DNA from: Yuukianura sp. NJ FZ-2021
Taxonomy: Eukaryota
Assembly (NCBI GenBank): GCA_046563655.1
Contig: CM102288.1
Location: 4,340,001 to 4,404,000, forward strand
DNA length: 64,000 nt
Direction: 5' to 3'
Shown here piece after piece: positions 27,176 to 38,200 of the stretch (positions are counted from its first letter, which is position 1; each line of letters opens with the position of its first letter). The notes under the pieces were generated by a model, which saw only the letters and a program-made list of their open reading frames with translations, ran no database searches and was not told the DNA's origin. A program made the position numbers and the translations under genes.

Positions 27176-27925
27176 TTCAAAACGGATTTTTAACTAAAGA
27201 TCAACTATTTTAAGAAATTATTAGTTTTCAATCACTATTTTATTACTTTTTATTTTAAAACTTCTAACTTAAGAAAACCTCGCCCTTAGAAGTTGTTTTG
27301 AAATGAGCAAGTTCAATTGAAATGAAGAGCAAGGATTCAAATGTTGTTCAAATGGAACAAGCCTTGTTTGAACAACTTGTCTTTTCTATTTGAATTTTGT
27401 TAATCATCCACAATTAACTTCTTCCTGTTTATCCTCCCCCTTCGAATGCATTTAAAACAAACAACTACAAGTGCACTCCAACCAGGAAGTTCCATTTCCA
27501 ATTAGTATTTATGCATATAACGCATCAACAATGCGTATTTGAACTAAATTTTATTGAAAATGAAGATTTTGAGTAATTTTCAATTAAAAAAAACCGTTGG
27601 AAGCCTCTTTAGCCTGATTCAAACCATGTTCTAGCGGTAAACCGCACATGTAAAACTTATATGAACAGGAAGTGGCCAATTCTGGTCTTACAATCGTAAA
27701 ACAGGGCAGTACATTTTCTAGATTTAACAATTTCATTAACTAAAAACCTGGAACCACATTTCCTGATATGGATGTAAGGATAAAGGTGTTAGCTTAATTA
27801 GCAAACCTAAGTTAATTAACTAATCAACGTAGTCTCTATTATAAATCCCACTAAAACTTCCCGGTAAATCCATATCCTTGTTCATTCTGAATTCAAAATA
27901 TCTGGCCAAAATACTAGTCCGAAAA

Positions 27926-28506
27926 ATGCGGAATTTCATAGTATCGCTTGTGTTTTGCGTACTTGTGCAGTTGACCTCTGGAGAGAACACTGTTGGTCGT
28001 AACTGTGACTTCCGTGACCCCGGGAGTCGCACTGCTTGTCCAGGGGCATTTGCGGGGATGACGCGGGCGCAGTGTGAGGTCAATCCAAGTTGCTGTTGGG
28101 ATACCCAGACTGCCTGGTCACCATGGTGTTTCCTCAACCGAAAAATGGTAGGCAATGTACAAGTAAAAATATTTCGAAAGTCATGAAATTCATTTTGGAA
28201 ATTGTTTTTGAAGGATGATTCGGAGGATAGGTGTGGTGGTACGTGTGATTTTGGAAATCATAGAAACCGTATGGCTCAACCCGGAGCATTTAGCGGAATT
28301 ACGAGACAACAATGTGACAACATTTGTGGATGTTATGATGACCAAATTCCAAATGCTATATGGTGTTTCACTAGATCGCCTAAACAAACTGGAACTACGT
28401 AAGATTTCGATATTTTTTTTTAAATTTTTCAAAAAAAAAATGTTTGTAAAAATAGTTGTGCTGAAAACATGCTCATTTTTTTAGACCCCGTTCCACATGC
28501 TACTGA
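27926..28506 (+). CDS. Secreted peptide with two trefoil (P-type) domains (3 exons)
   Basis: Signal peptide, domain 1 CDF...RTACPG..GMTRAQC..SCCWD..PWCF, domain 2 CDF...GITRQQC..CGCYD..IWCF, C-terminal exon TPRSTCY*; TATAAAT at about 27840. Confidence 0.88.
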
Positions 28507-28858
28507 TTTTTCCAGCCTCGCAGGTCTCCGATTTTATAAAATCGTAAAAACATTTCAAGATCCAATAGGAAATCACAGTTTCTTTCAAAAATCAAACTGC
28601 TTCAAATTTGTACTTCTTTCAATTCAAAATTTTGAAAACTGAATAAATGATTGGTATAACCAAAATTAAGTTAACTCCGCTACAATTGCGAGGCGGTGAC
28701 TAAAATGGACAGGTACAATTTAATTTAATTAACTTAAACGCAAGATTCTGAATTTTAGCTATGAAACAACAAATTCTGCTATTAAAAATGCAACAGCAGA
28801 ATGCAGAAATACAATGTAAACGATATATTTTACTCTTATTTTTTATACTATTTAAAAC

Positions 28859-30925
28859 CTAGTGACATCCGCAGGATTCTGCGACCATGTCCACATACTG
28901 TCGCAGTACGACATTGTCGTGGTCGTCGTAGTAAAGAAGCGAAATCGGAAGGAGATTCGTGGGGACGCAGCATGGAGGTTTTACGGTACTGGACAACTTC
29001 AGCGCATGCACAATGCTTTGTACCGTAGCATGATTAGTTGGTTTGACCTTTCAAAAAATCAATTCAAAATTTAATTTTTCAATCAATTTTTTGTGAAATT
29101 GTCTTTTGACCTGTGACCTTGACTTAATCATGTCCTACCTGTTGCCCCAGGGGGAAGTCGCATGTTCCATCGCAGTAGAAGGCATTGTACCCCTTGGGGG
29201 AGATGATCCACGATGACCAACCGATGGCTTCAAAATTCACCAAAAGGTCACGCCGTCCACACGAGGGTGAAGACGAGGTCAAGGTCACCGTTTCTGTGAT
29301 ATTCCTTGATCTTCTGTTCCTAAACCGGGTTACAGAGTTCGGATGTCGGATTGAATCTTTGTAGAGCAGAGCATGATGAAACCGAGGATTCTCGAGACCT
29401 AAATTGTCCAACCGATTTCAAACAAAAAAAAAGTTCAAACTGAAAAAAAAACAACAACAAAATTTTGATTTACTGGACGTTGGTACTGGATTTTCCTCGA
29501 TGTCATTGCTGACATGCTCCGTCGTAGTTTCGTTGTGACCGTGATTTGAATCGTCGGTGGTATCGTTCTTGACTTTTTTCGAATGACCTTGACCTTTTCC
29601 ATTTGAAAATGGCAGAATGGGGTCCAAGGTCAAATCCTGCGTGAATAAAACCAAATTCGGTTGTTTGCTGTCGATCGTTTCACCGCGACGTGAAAATCGA
29701 ACTGGGACGCGGTCTCCTCCCAAACTGGTTGCGACCAATAAAAATCCGAGGTTCGGACGTTCACCATTAATCCAGCGTGTCACAGACTGTCAAAAATAAA
29801 ACATATCTAATATATCTATATCTAATAAAATTTATACTATAATAAAAATATTTCTAAAAAAAAAAAACAGAACGAAAAAAAAGGAAAAAAGTTCCACAAA
29901 AAAAGAATAAATAAAAAAAAACTCAATTTCCAAACTTAACGCTACAGGCAACATTTGATCTGAATTTACGAGATTCCTAAGTAAAATATTATTAAAATTT
30001 GGAAAATAATAGGTGACGTACCTGTTTGACATTGAAAATTTCCCAGCCTGACCCAAGAGCGTGACCGTAGTTGACCCCCAGTAGTTTGTGGAGGTCAGGA
30101 ACTCTAAGGTGGTTCATATCCAGTACTTCATAGAGACTCAGGATGTAGAATGGGGTCATGTACAGTGATGGATGCAATGCTTCATGCGCAGTAGGTGACC
30201 TGTAGACATGCAGTTCTGCTTCCAGAACTTTTTCAGTCACTCCCAGACTATTATTGGAGACGTTGAAGTAGAAGTAGTCGTTGAGAGAGTTATTTCTCTC
30301 CATAAAACTCCTCACGATATGAGCATTATATGGGTTTCTGGCACGAGTCACTCCGAATGAGTCTGTAATTGTGTTGTAAAGGTCAATCATAAATTCTGGG
30401 GGAGAACCAACAAGGTCAAGGTCACTCGGCATCGAATTCAGACCAAAAATCTGCAAACATCAAAAAATTAAAACAAAAAAAAAGTCATCAAAATGTGGGG
30501 AAAAACTCAATCAAAGCTTTTCACGAACTACTAAATTTGAGATCTTCACAGGAAATAGAGGATTCTCGGTTTTTGATGATTGGAGTTTTTTTAAATTAAA
30601 GTTTTAAATTTATGGTTTTTCATAATTTTTTTTAACTTTTCATTTTTTTTTATTTTACCTTTGAAAGTGTATCCAATGCATTTTGTTTGCTGTTTTCCAT
30701 TTCTTGGCGAACGATTTGTTCCACTTCTTCAGAAAATTGGACAATCGGTTCATCATCCGTCTTGTTCAAGTTTTCAATTGATGACAATTTCTCATTTTGG
30801 AAACTTTCACTTGAATTGTAAAAATTTCTCTCCAGAAAATTTTGATCCACAAACCCAAAAATAGTTGGTACAAAAAGCACACCAATGATCAGAATGCACA
30901 TCGTATGTCCGCTTTGGACGGTCAT
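28859..30925 (-). CDS. ADMP: Anti-dorsalizing morphogenetic protein (TGF-beta/BMP family), multi-exon
   Basis: Prodomain PPEFMIDLYNTITD..GVTRARNPYNAHIVRSF, furin site RNRRSR, mature domain IGWSSWIISPKGYNAFYC..C.FPLGQ, TNHATVQSIV, PCCVP, ISLLYYDDHDNVVLRQYVDMVAESCGCH; the FPLGQ and IISPKGYN signature and the Pinhead neighbour point to ADMP. Confidence 0.88.
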
Positions 30926-31534
30926 TTTTTCAAAATTGTACAAAGTGCAATTTTCAAATTTAAAAACCAAAACAGAACTTCGTAATTTCTTTGTAATTCT
31001 AAAAAGTACTCCTAATCCCCTCCTGCTCTTGAATCAACTGCTTCGAATCACATAGCAATGCACCTAAAAAATCGTGTTCTAAAAGCGATTTGTCTTTTCG
31101 AGTGACATCGACGAGATTTTTTTTCCGTTCTTCCAAGAGATCCTTGGCGCCGAGAAATATTTGGCAAAATCCTCATAAAATTTGCACAGCAGAGCAAACA
31201 GTTTTGTGCTACACATTTTGCAAATCCCGAGATTACGTCATAGAATTAGAGCAAATTACTTAATTATTGTAAATAATTAAAGATTAACATATAAATAGGA
31301 AAATAATATATGAATAAAATAAGTTACTGGGAAAGAGAAGGTGAAGGGCGGCACGAGTATTTAAAAAGTTTTTTTTTTATTTTGTTGTGTCTTGGAACAC
31401 AAAACATGAATATTTAGAAAAATTAGCATCTCTTTGGCTTTGTTTGGAATGTTGCCTGTGTGAAGGCCACAGTTCGTAAGAACAAGGTCAAAAGGTCACG
31501 AGGTCACCATGTTCGATCACACACAATCAAAACA

Positions 31535-32904
31535 CTACCGACATGCACAAGACGTCACCGAAACCAGCGTATGCTGTCGACCGCTCCGATCTGTATAAAA
31601 ATGTGACACGAGTTTCGTTGGAGCGCAATGGCCGTGACCTCCGTACAGAGAGGAAATACACGTTCCATTTGTGCCTGACCTAAAAAATAATATAATATAT
31701 TAATATTATATGAAATATAAATATTTTTACATTATTTTAGTACCTGATGAGACATTTGGAAGACCCGTCATGTGCTCGACACGTTCCCTGGCATTGCCCA
31801 AGGTCAATGACCTTCACGAGCGGTTCCTCTGAAGACTCTGACTCTCCGAGACTCAAATTCAGAGAATCATTTGAATTTCTTTGTTCAAACAGAAGTGAGT
31901 AATCGTAAACTTTTTGAAATTGGCGCGTTCTAAAGCAGCTGCCAACACACTGACACTCCTCTATGACCGAAACACATTCAAATCCATTCGGTCCCTCTAC
32001 CGTTACAGTTCTGTTGCGAATTGGCCTACAGTGTGAGTGTTCAGGGTCACTGCAGGATCCAGCACATTGACCCAGGTCAACTGTCTGTTCGTAGGGACTG
32101 GACTCGTGGAATTTGACAAGTCGGGGTATGCGGGAACATGCGTCGGGAGGAGACACGCAGTCGCAGGAGTCAATGACCTCAAAGTCCTGCGCATGGCCTG
32201 TAATGCTAAAGTGCCTGTGACGACGTGTAGAAGTGGGTTCACAAGTGGCAAAGCGACACGAGGCCCTTGAGACGTCTGAAGTGGCGTCTTCCAGGTCTCC
32301 CACTTCATCACTCACTTGACGGTTCTGCAAACTCAGAAAAATCTACAAACAAAATCATAAAAGTTCAAAAGTCATAAAATGTGTCCTCAAGAGAAGTTAA
32401 AGTTTTTTTCAAACCTGGATTGGATCCATTTTGGGATACTTTTTCAAAAACTTGTCAAATTCTTCTCGTTTCAAAGGCTTACTTGGATTCAGTCGATTTG
32501 AACATCTTTTCTTACATGATCCAATGTCAAATCGAACTTCCTCTCCATCTAGATCTATAATACAAATAAGAAAGTTCCAAAAATTTTTAATTTGAATGTA
32601 CGCATTTCGGGAGAAAAAATGATTTTGAAAAACGATTACCTTGGCCCAACACAATGAACTTTTCTTCTCTAATGCAACATTCGTTCACAATTTCTCCCGA
32701 ATTTTCACCAGATTCCAGTCTACGAAAACTCAAGTCTACAGAAAGTCAAAAAGGAAAAACTTTTTCATTTTTCCCCAAAAATTTCAAATGACAAATTTGT
32801 TGAGAGGCTTTACCAATTTTTGAACTACTCGAATCCGACCCATTGACTGACCTCCATGTTTCAGTCAACACTACAAAGACGAAACATGTTGAAATAAATT
32901 TCAT
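31535..32904 (-). CDS. pnhd: Pinhead, secreted protein with three cystine-knot-like repeats (4 exons)
   Basis: Signal peptide plus three repeats D[IL]GxCxxxC...C.P...V...C.C (FDIGSCKKRC, VDLGQCAGSC, IDLGQCQGTC); lies directly upstream of ADMP on the same strand. Confidence 0.85.
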
Positions 32905-33426
32905 TTTAAAAGTATTTAAAAATTCTCTTCTAAAAAGTGGTTCAAAAATCCTACAGACGGAAATATATTTGAAGTATTTTCCCCCAAAACTCAAAATTTT
33001 TTGTGAAGTTTAAAGTGTGAAGATGCAAGATGCTTGGTTCGAATGTGCTTATTTCGTATTAATTTTTACGTTTTAATTTAAATAAGTGTCCACACCCAGA
33101 AGCCTCGTACAAGTTGACATTTTGTTTATGATGTGGACCCAGGTGGAGGTGGACACTAGTCCACTGCAGAGCCAATGACTCCGTGTCCTCTGCCTCCTTT
33201 GTCAACAGGCTAATTACTCATTGTCACCCTTATATTAACTTATAGTTAATTCACAATTAACCCAACTTGATTTAGCTTGATTTCTAAACGACTCAATTGT
33301 CACATAAACCACACCACCCACACGATTTCCCACAGAACACAGTAGGTTTTGCAGGTGTAAAACGAGTTTACAAATTACAAGGTGTGACAAGAGTCACAAT
33401 CGGCGGACACACCTTACCGTTTCAAA

Positions 33427-33441
33427 GGCGTCGCTCTGTCT
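33427..33441 (+). promoter_or_regulatory. BMP-responsive Smad1/Mad-Smad4/Medea composite element
   Basis: GGCGTC-GCTCT-GTCT is an exact GRCGNC(N5)GTCT, about 520 bp upstream of the Pinhead ATG. Confidence 0.55.
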
Positions 33442-33510
33442 CCCACCTCAATTAAAAAAAAATGGAATTCTTCAAAATTTTATCAAAAATTTTACTTGAA
33501 TACGCCTTAA

Positions 33511-33866
33511 GGGCGGTTCACACCGGAGCTCTGAATGAATTTTCCATCCGCTCAACGACAATCCAGCCGTTCATACAAGATTAGTTTTCTCTGGATGGAT
33601 TGTTTGAGTGGATTTTGTTCCGTGGTTCACACCGAACAAATCTCTCCGTGGACAAATTTTCTTGTTAAACTAAATGTTGAAAGATGAAAAAGCCCATCCA
33701 TACCAAACATTCACTCCTGATCTGCTTAAACTTTTGGTATGGATCGAAATCCACCCGAACGGAGACTTCCTTTTCCTAAAACCTGATGTGAACGAGACAA
33801 AATTTTGTTCATGGACTGAACGTCGGCGGATAAAAAATCCTTCCGGAGCTTTGATGTGAACATGCC
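33511..33866. mobile_element. MITE, PIF/Harbinger-like (or Kolobok-like)
   Basis: TTAA on both flanks; imperfect TIRs GGGCGGTTCACACCGGAGCTC / GAGCTTTGATGTGAACATGCC; internal GTTCACA/TGTGAAC copies. Confidence 0.75.
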
Positions 33867-34039
33867 TTAAGTTATAGATCATCACAAATTTCTCTGTCGG
33901 AATTAGAATTCAACGTCGCTCATTTTTATTTCCGTAAAAACAAAGTCTGAAATCAACTTGAGATTATTTCGGTGGTTTTAACTAATTAGAATAAGTTAAA
34001 TTATAATTAAACTAACTAATTTAATTTAGGTTAGCTACT

Positions 34040-35221
34040 TTAACATGACTTGGCAGAAGCCCTATGTCTATTCGTCTGAAGCCAACGATCCACTCTGTCT
34101 GAGATCATCGCCTTTTCATTTTGAGCTTCTCCAAGAATTTCTAAACTCCCTCCACTCGGTTTTCTACTTTCCAGAATCAGTGACTTCTGTCTCGAATTTC
34201 GACTGCTTCTGGTTGTCGACGACTCTTTGCGTTCTGGACCGCTGGGCGTTATGGTACCCGAAGAGCATGCGCGTTTGAGCCAGTCGTCTCCCAAGTATTT
34301 GCTTACTTCACGCACTTCGTAGCGTTGGGCCGGCTTCGGTTCCAGGATTCGCTTGAACAGCCTGATGAGTCTAGGAGTGAAGCTCTTAAATGATTCTGGA
34401 AGGCGAAATGACCTCTTGCGCAGCCAATCTGCGTAGTGACAGAAACTGGGGTCAGTGATGTCAGCGACCTGCCAGGGTGTTGACCCCGTCAGAGCAAGAT
34501 GTAGTAGAATTCCCATTTGCCAGACGTCAGTGGCCTTGGAGCATCTATACGTTTCTTGTTCCACAACTCGGCAGATTTCTGGAGGTGACAGTGTCACCCA
34601 TGATGGACTGGATTTGCGTACAATCGTCCCCTCGGGGCAAGTTGAGCCAAAGTCACACAGTTTGATGAGAGACAGATTTGACTTGAAGACGAGAATGTTT
34701 TCTAGTTTGAGGTCACAGTGTACCAGGTTGAAACTGTGTAGAAATTGGAGCGCACTGGAGAGTTGGTGGGCCACGGATTTGACCTGTGACACCGGGAGAC
34801 CTTGACCTCTCTTAACAAATCTCGAGAGGTCACGAAATGGCGCAAATTCTTGAACGAAAACGTAAGAGTTTTCCCAGAGGAATGAGACGTTGAAGGATGT
34901 GATGATGTTTGGATGTGGACTGAGGAAGTAGTTGGTGTGAACTTCACGCAAAAAGTCTTCTTCTGAGGTCAAGTCTGTCTGAATTGCTTTCAAAACCATT
35001 TTTTCGTGGCCTTTTTTTGCAAGTAGAATTTTTGCAAATCGACCCTCCGCTAGTGTTTTGACGATTGCGAATTCTGATTCGAGAGAAAGTTGCGGAGAAA
35101 GTGTGAAAGAGGAGGAGGAGGCTGAAGCTCCAGCAGACGCTGAGGAAGAAGTGGAGGAACGCGATTCCTCGCTGGCTGTCAGTGAATCCTTGTGTTTGCG
35201 AAACATTTTGCAAAATTTCAT
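34040..35221 (-). CDS. Ser/Thr kinase, SBK1/meng-po-like (single coding exon)
   Basis: LAEGRFAKILLA, VLKA, NYFLSPHPNII, HCDLKLENILVF, KLCDFG, PPE, PWQVADITDP, FTPRLIRLFKRILEPKP; TATATAAA on the minus strand at about 35573-35580. Confidence 0.88.
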   Translation of the reverse strand: MKFCKMFRKHKDSLTASEESRSSTSSSASAGASASSSSFTLSPQLSLESEFAIVKTLAEGRFAKILLAKKGHEKMVLKAIQTDLTSEEDFLREVHTNYFLSPHPNIITSFNVSFLWENSYVFVQEFAPFRDLSRFVKRGQGLPVSQVKSVAHQLSSALQFLHSFNLVHCDLKLENILVFKSNLSLIKLCDFGSTCPEGTIVRKSSPSWVTLSPPEICRVVEQETYRCSKATDVWQMGILLHLALTGSTPWQVADITDPSFCHYADWLRKRSFRLPESFKSFTPRLIRLFKRILEPKPAQRYEVREVSKYLGDDWLKRACSSGTITPSGPERKESSTTRSSRNSRQKSLILESRKPSGGSLEILGEAQNEKAMISDRVDRWLQTNRHRASAKSC

Positions 35222-38200
35222 TCGGAAATCTGTAATTTGAAAAAAATATAAAATTTCAAAATTTCAAAATTTTTGAAATCTCCTTCAGTTTTCAGCAGTT
35301 TACTCACATTTAGATTTTTCCGAATTTTCCAAGCTTATGTGGAAAATTATTCGCAGATTCAAATGCCACTTGATACTGGATTGTCACGATTTTCTTTATA
35401 ACGTTGATTTGTGCAAACTCGCAAATTTTTGAAACTTTGCGATTTTTTTTTATGTTGAACTCACTTTGCAGAAAGGATTTTCAAAAGCTGAAGACGCTTT
35501 GGTTTTGTTTCTGTTAGAACTGTTTAGTCAGAGAGTTTTGAAGTGAATTGAGAAGTGAAAGGCGTCCGTTGCTTTATATACTTTTTCGCGAACTCTTTTT
35601 TGCAAAACTTTTTTTGCGAACGTGCTAAACTGTTCGGAGGAAGTAACTCCCGGGTAAAGTCCAACCCGCTCCGAACTTCTTTTTCTGAGAAAGACAGAGA
35701 ATCGTTAGCCTGAATTTTTTCAAAAGAAGAACTTCTGACAGCAGAAGCGTTGGATTCTCCTTGGAATCTCTTGCCAAATCCAGGGAATCAAAACAGGAAT
35801 TGCAGGTAAACACTTGTTGCCAAAAGTCCAACTTTGTGCGAATTTCTTAAGAATTTGCCGTTTTTGTGGTATTTTGTAAAAAACAAAAAATTCTCACCTC
35901 CAATTTTGGAAGTGGATCAATGGATGTTGGGTATTTTGATGTTTTAACGTTCACTTCAATTCACCACAACCGTTTATTCTCAAAACCCAATTTTTTTTAG
36001 AATTCTTTTTACTTTTCAGGAATTTATTCGAATCTTAGAAAAGTCAAAAGGCAAGAAATTCGAAATTTCCATTTTTCAAGACCATGCGTCCTTCAATAAG
36101 AAGGAAAAGAACTTAAATGCATTTGACCTTGTCAATTTTTCACACATCAAAATCATAAAAGCATTTTCAAAATCAAGGTTCAACGTCAAAATTATTTGGA
36201 TTTAAAAAAAATCAATCCAATTAAATTTCAAAACTCAACATACAACAAACTTTTTTTGAACGCAAAAAATACATTTCAACTTGACATTATTTTCCTTTAT
36301 GATGAGCCATTTGCTTTCACCTTCACTAAAATTTGACTCAAGAAAGCTTTCACGTGGAGAAAGCACAATCTATTTCTGAAATGCAAAATAAAATGTCACG
36401 TTTTGTATCATGTCACGTTGAAATTGTGCGTGCCTAAATGTCAACGTGACCGTGGGCGCGTTACGTAAACACGTTTCATGTCACGTACTTTTCAATCTGC
36501 TTTCTCCAGAAAAGAGTTCGTATTTTTAACAAGTTGTTGGCCATTCTGACGATTAAGCACGTTTTTCTTTTCGTGACGTTCTCGGGATTAGTCACTTCCC
36601 TTCTCCACGCTTTCTCTCATCGACGGAGATTAGCAGTTTGGAAAAAATGTTTTGCAAACAAAGCTCCTTTTCCAGTGAAAAAGAAGTTACGCTTGGTTTA
36701 TTTTAGAAAATATAGAAACCAGACGGCTCGAAAAATGGCTGACGTCAACGTTCCCTTAGGATCGCTTAGAAGAAACTCATTTCTTGAAAGTTTAATGATT
36801 TCTTGAAAAGGCACAAATTAAAAAGTACATTTGAGCAAGGACTCAACTTTTCGAAAAACGAAAGTTTAAAAAAGTTGTTCCGACAATGTCAAGAGAGGTC
36901 AAAATCTTTCATAGAAAGTGCAGAAAGGCATCTGGTTTTTCCTGCCTAACGCTCAAATTAAGTCAACATGAACTTTTTTCTATTTTTTCAAGGCTTCTAC
37001 TTACGTCTCTTACTTTTTCTCATGAAATTTAAAATGACAAAAACAAAACTTAAGAAAAACGAGTTCTAAAATTTGAAAAGTTGAAACATAGGAAATTGGC
37101 GATGCCACTTCACAAACTGAAAAGAGAATCTGAAGAAGTGCAGTACATAACTGCAAACGAAGAATTCGTAAAAAAATATACCCAAAATTCTAAAAATTCA
37201 AAAGGTAGTTAGTAGCTAAACTTCATTTTCAATTTTTTTTTTTTGAAAAACCTGAAATGCTTTACTTTCCGGTTAAGTGAATATCCAAAATAAGAATATG
37301 TCTGAGACTGACCTAGTTTTTTTATGTTCTGTCAGAAGTCTGTCATGTTCCACCTCAGTAAGAAGAGACTGAAAGTGAGAAAGATGATGAATGTGATTTA
37401 GAACACGAAAATGAGCAAGGAGTGTCATTTGCAAGATGTACAATCCTGTGCTTACACAACCTAGTTAGGTTAGTTAGGATTTGGTTAGGTTGAGGTATTA
37501 CGGTTGAGTTAGGTTTTAGGTTTTGGGTTTGTTTATGAGTGGTTTACAATGCGGGCTCACTGTTCAAATCCATTGTTTATTTACAAACGGGTATTTCGAG
37601 CGTTACTGTATTTTTATAAATACTTTTTACTTATTTCTTTTAGAACAGAATTTAAAACAGAACAGTCCAGATGCAATTTTGCTTCAAAAACGTGCCCGAA
37701 TGGAACGAACCAGAATTTCACGTCAGTCAAAAACCTGTCACAGGAGCTGACCCAAATTTTTACATTTTTTCATTTTCTGGTTCCAAGCGTCCAGAAAAAT
37801 CAAAAGTGGAGCAATTAGTAAAACGCGATTTAAAAAATACAACATCTTTGTTTGTTGGAAAATTAGCAAAGTTCTGAATTCTGAAAAACGGAGTTTTGGA
37901 AAAACTGAAACTGGCAACTCACTCAACTGTTTAATTTTAAACAATTTTTTAAAATTCGACACAGTTTGACCTAATTTTCAGAACAATACAATTCCTTTCA
38001 CAGCATTTCAGTCTATCAAGGAGTTTCAGTTTTTTTTTTCATCCGTAGCTTCTATCCCGCAAATAAGCTTCAACCCAATTGCAGTTTGAAAAAATTCGAA
38101 AATTGAATCTAAAATGTTTTTTAGAAAAGTTCGAAATTTTCAAAATGTTGAAGCTTCCATGAATGTGCGATTTTTATAATGAGAATTGTGGTGCAACTAA

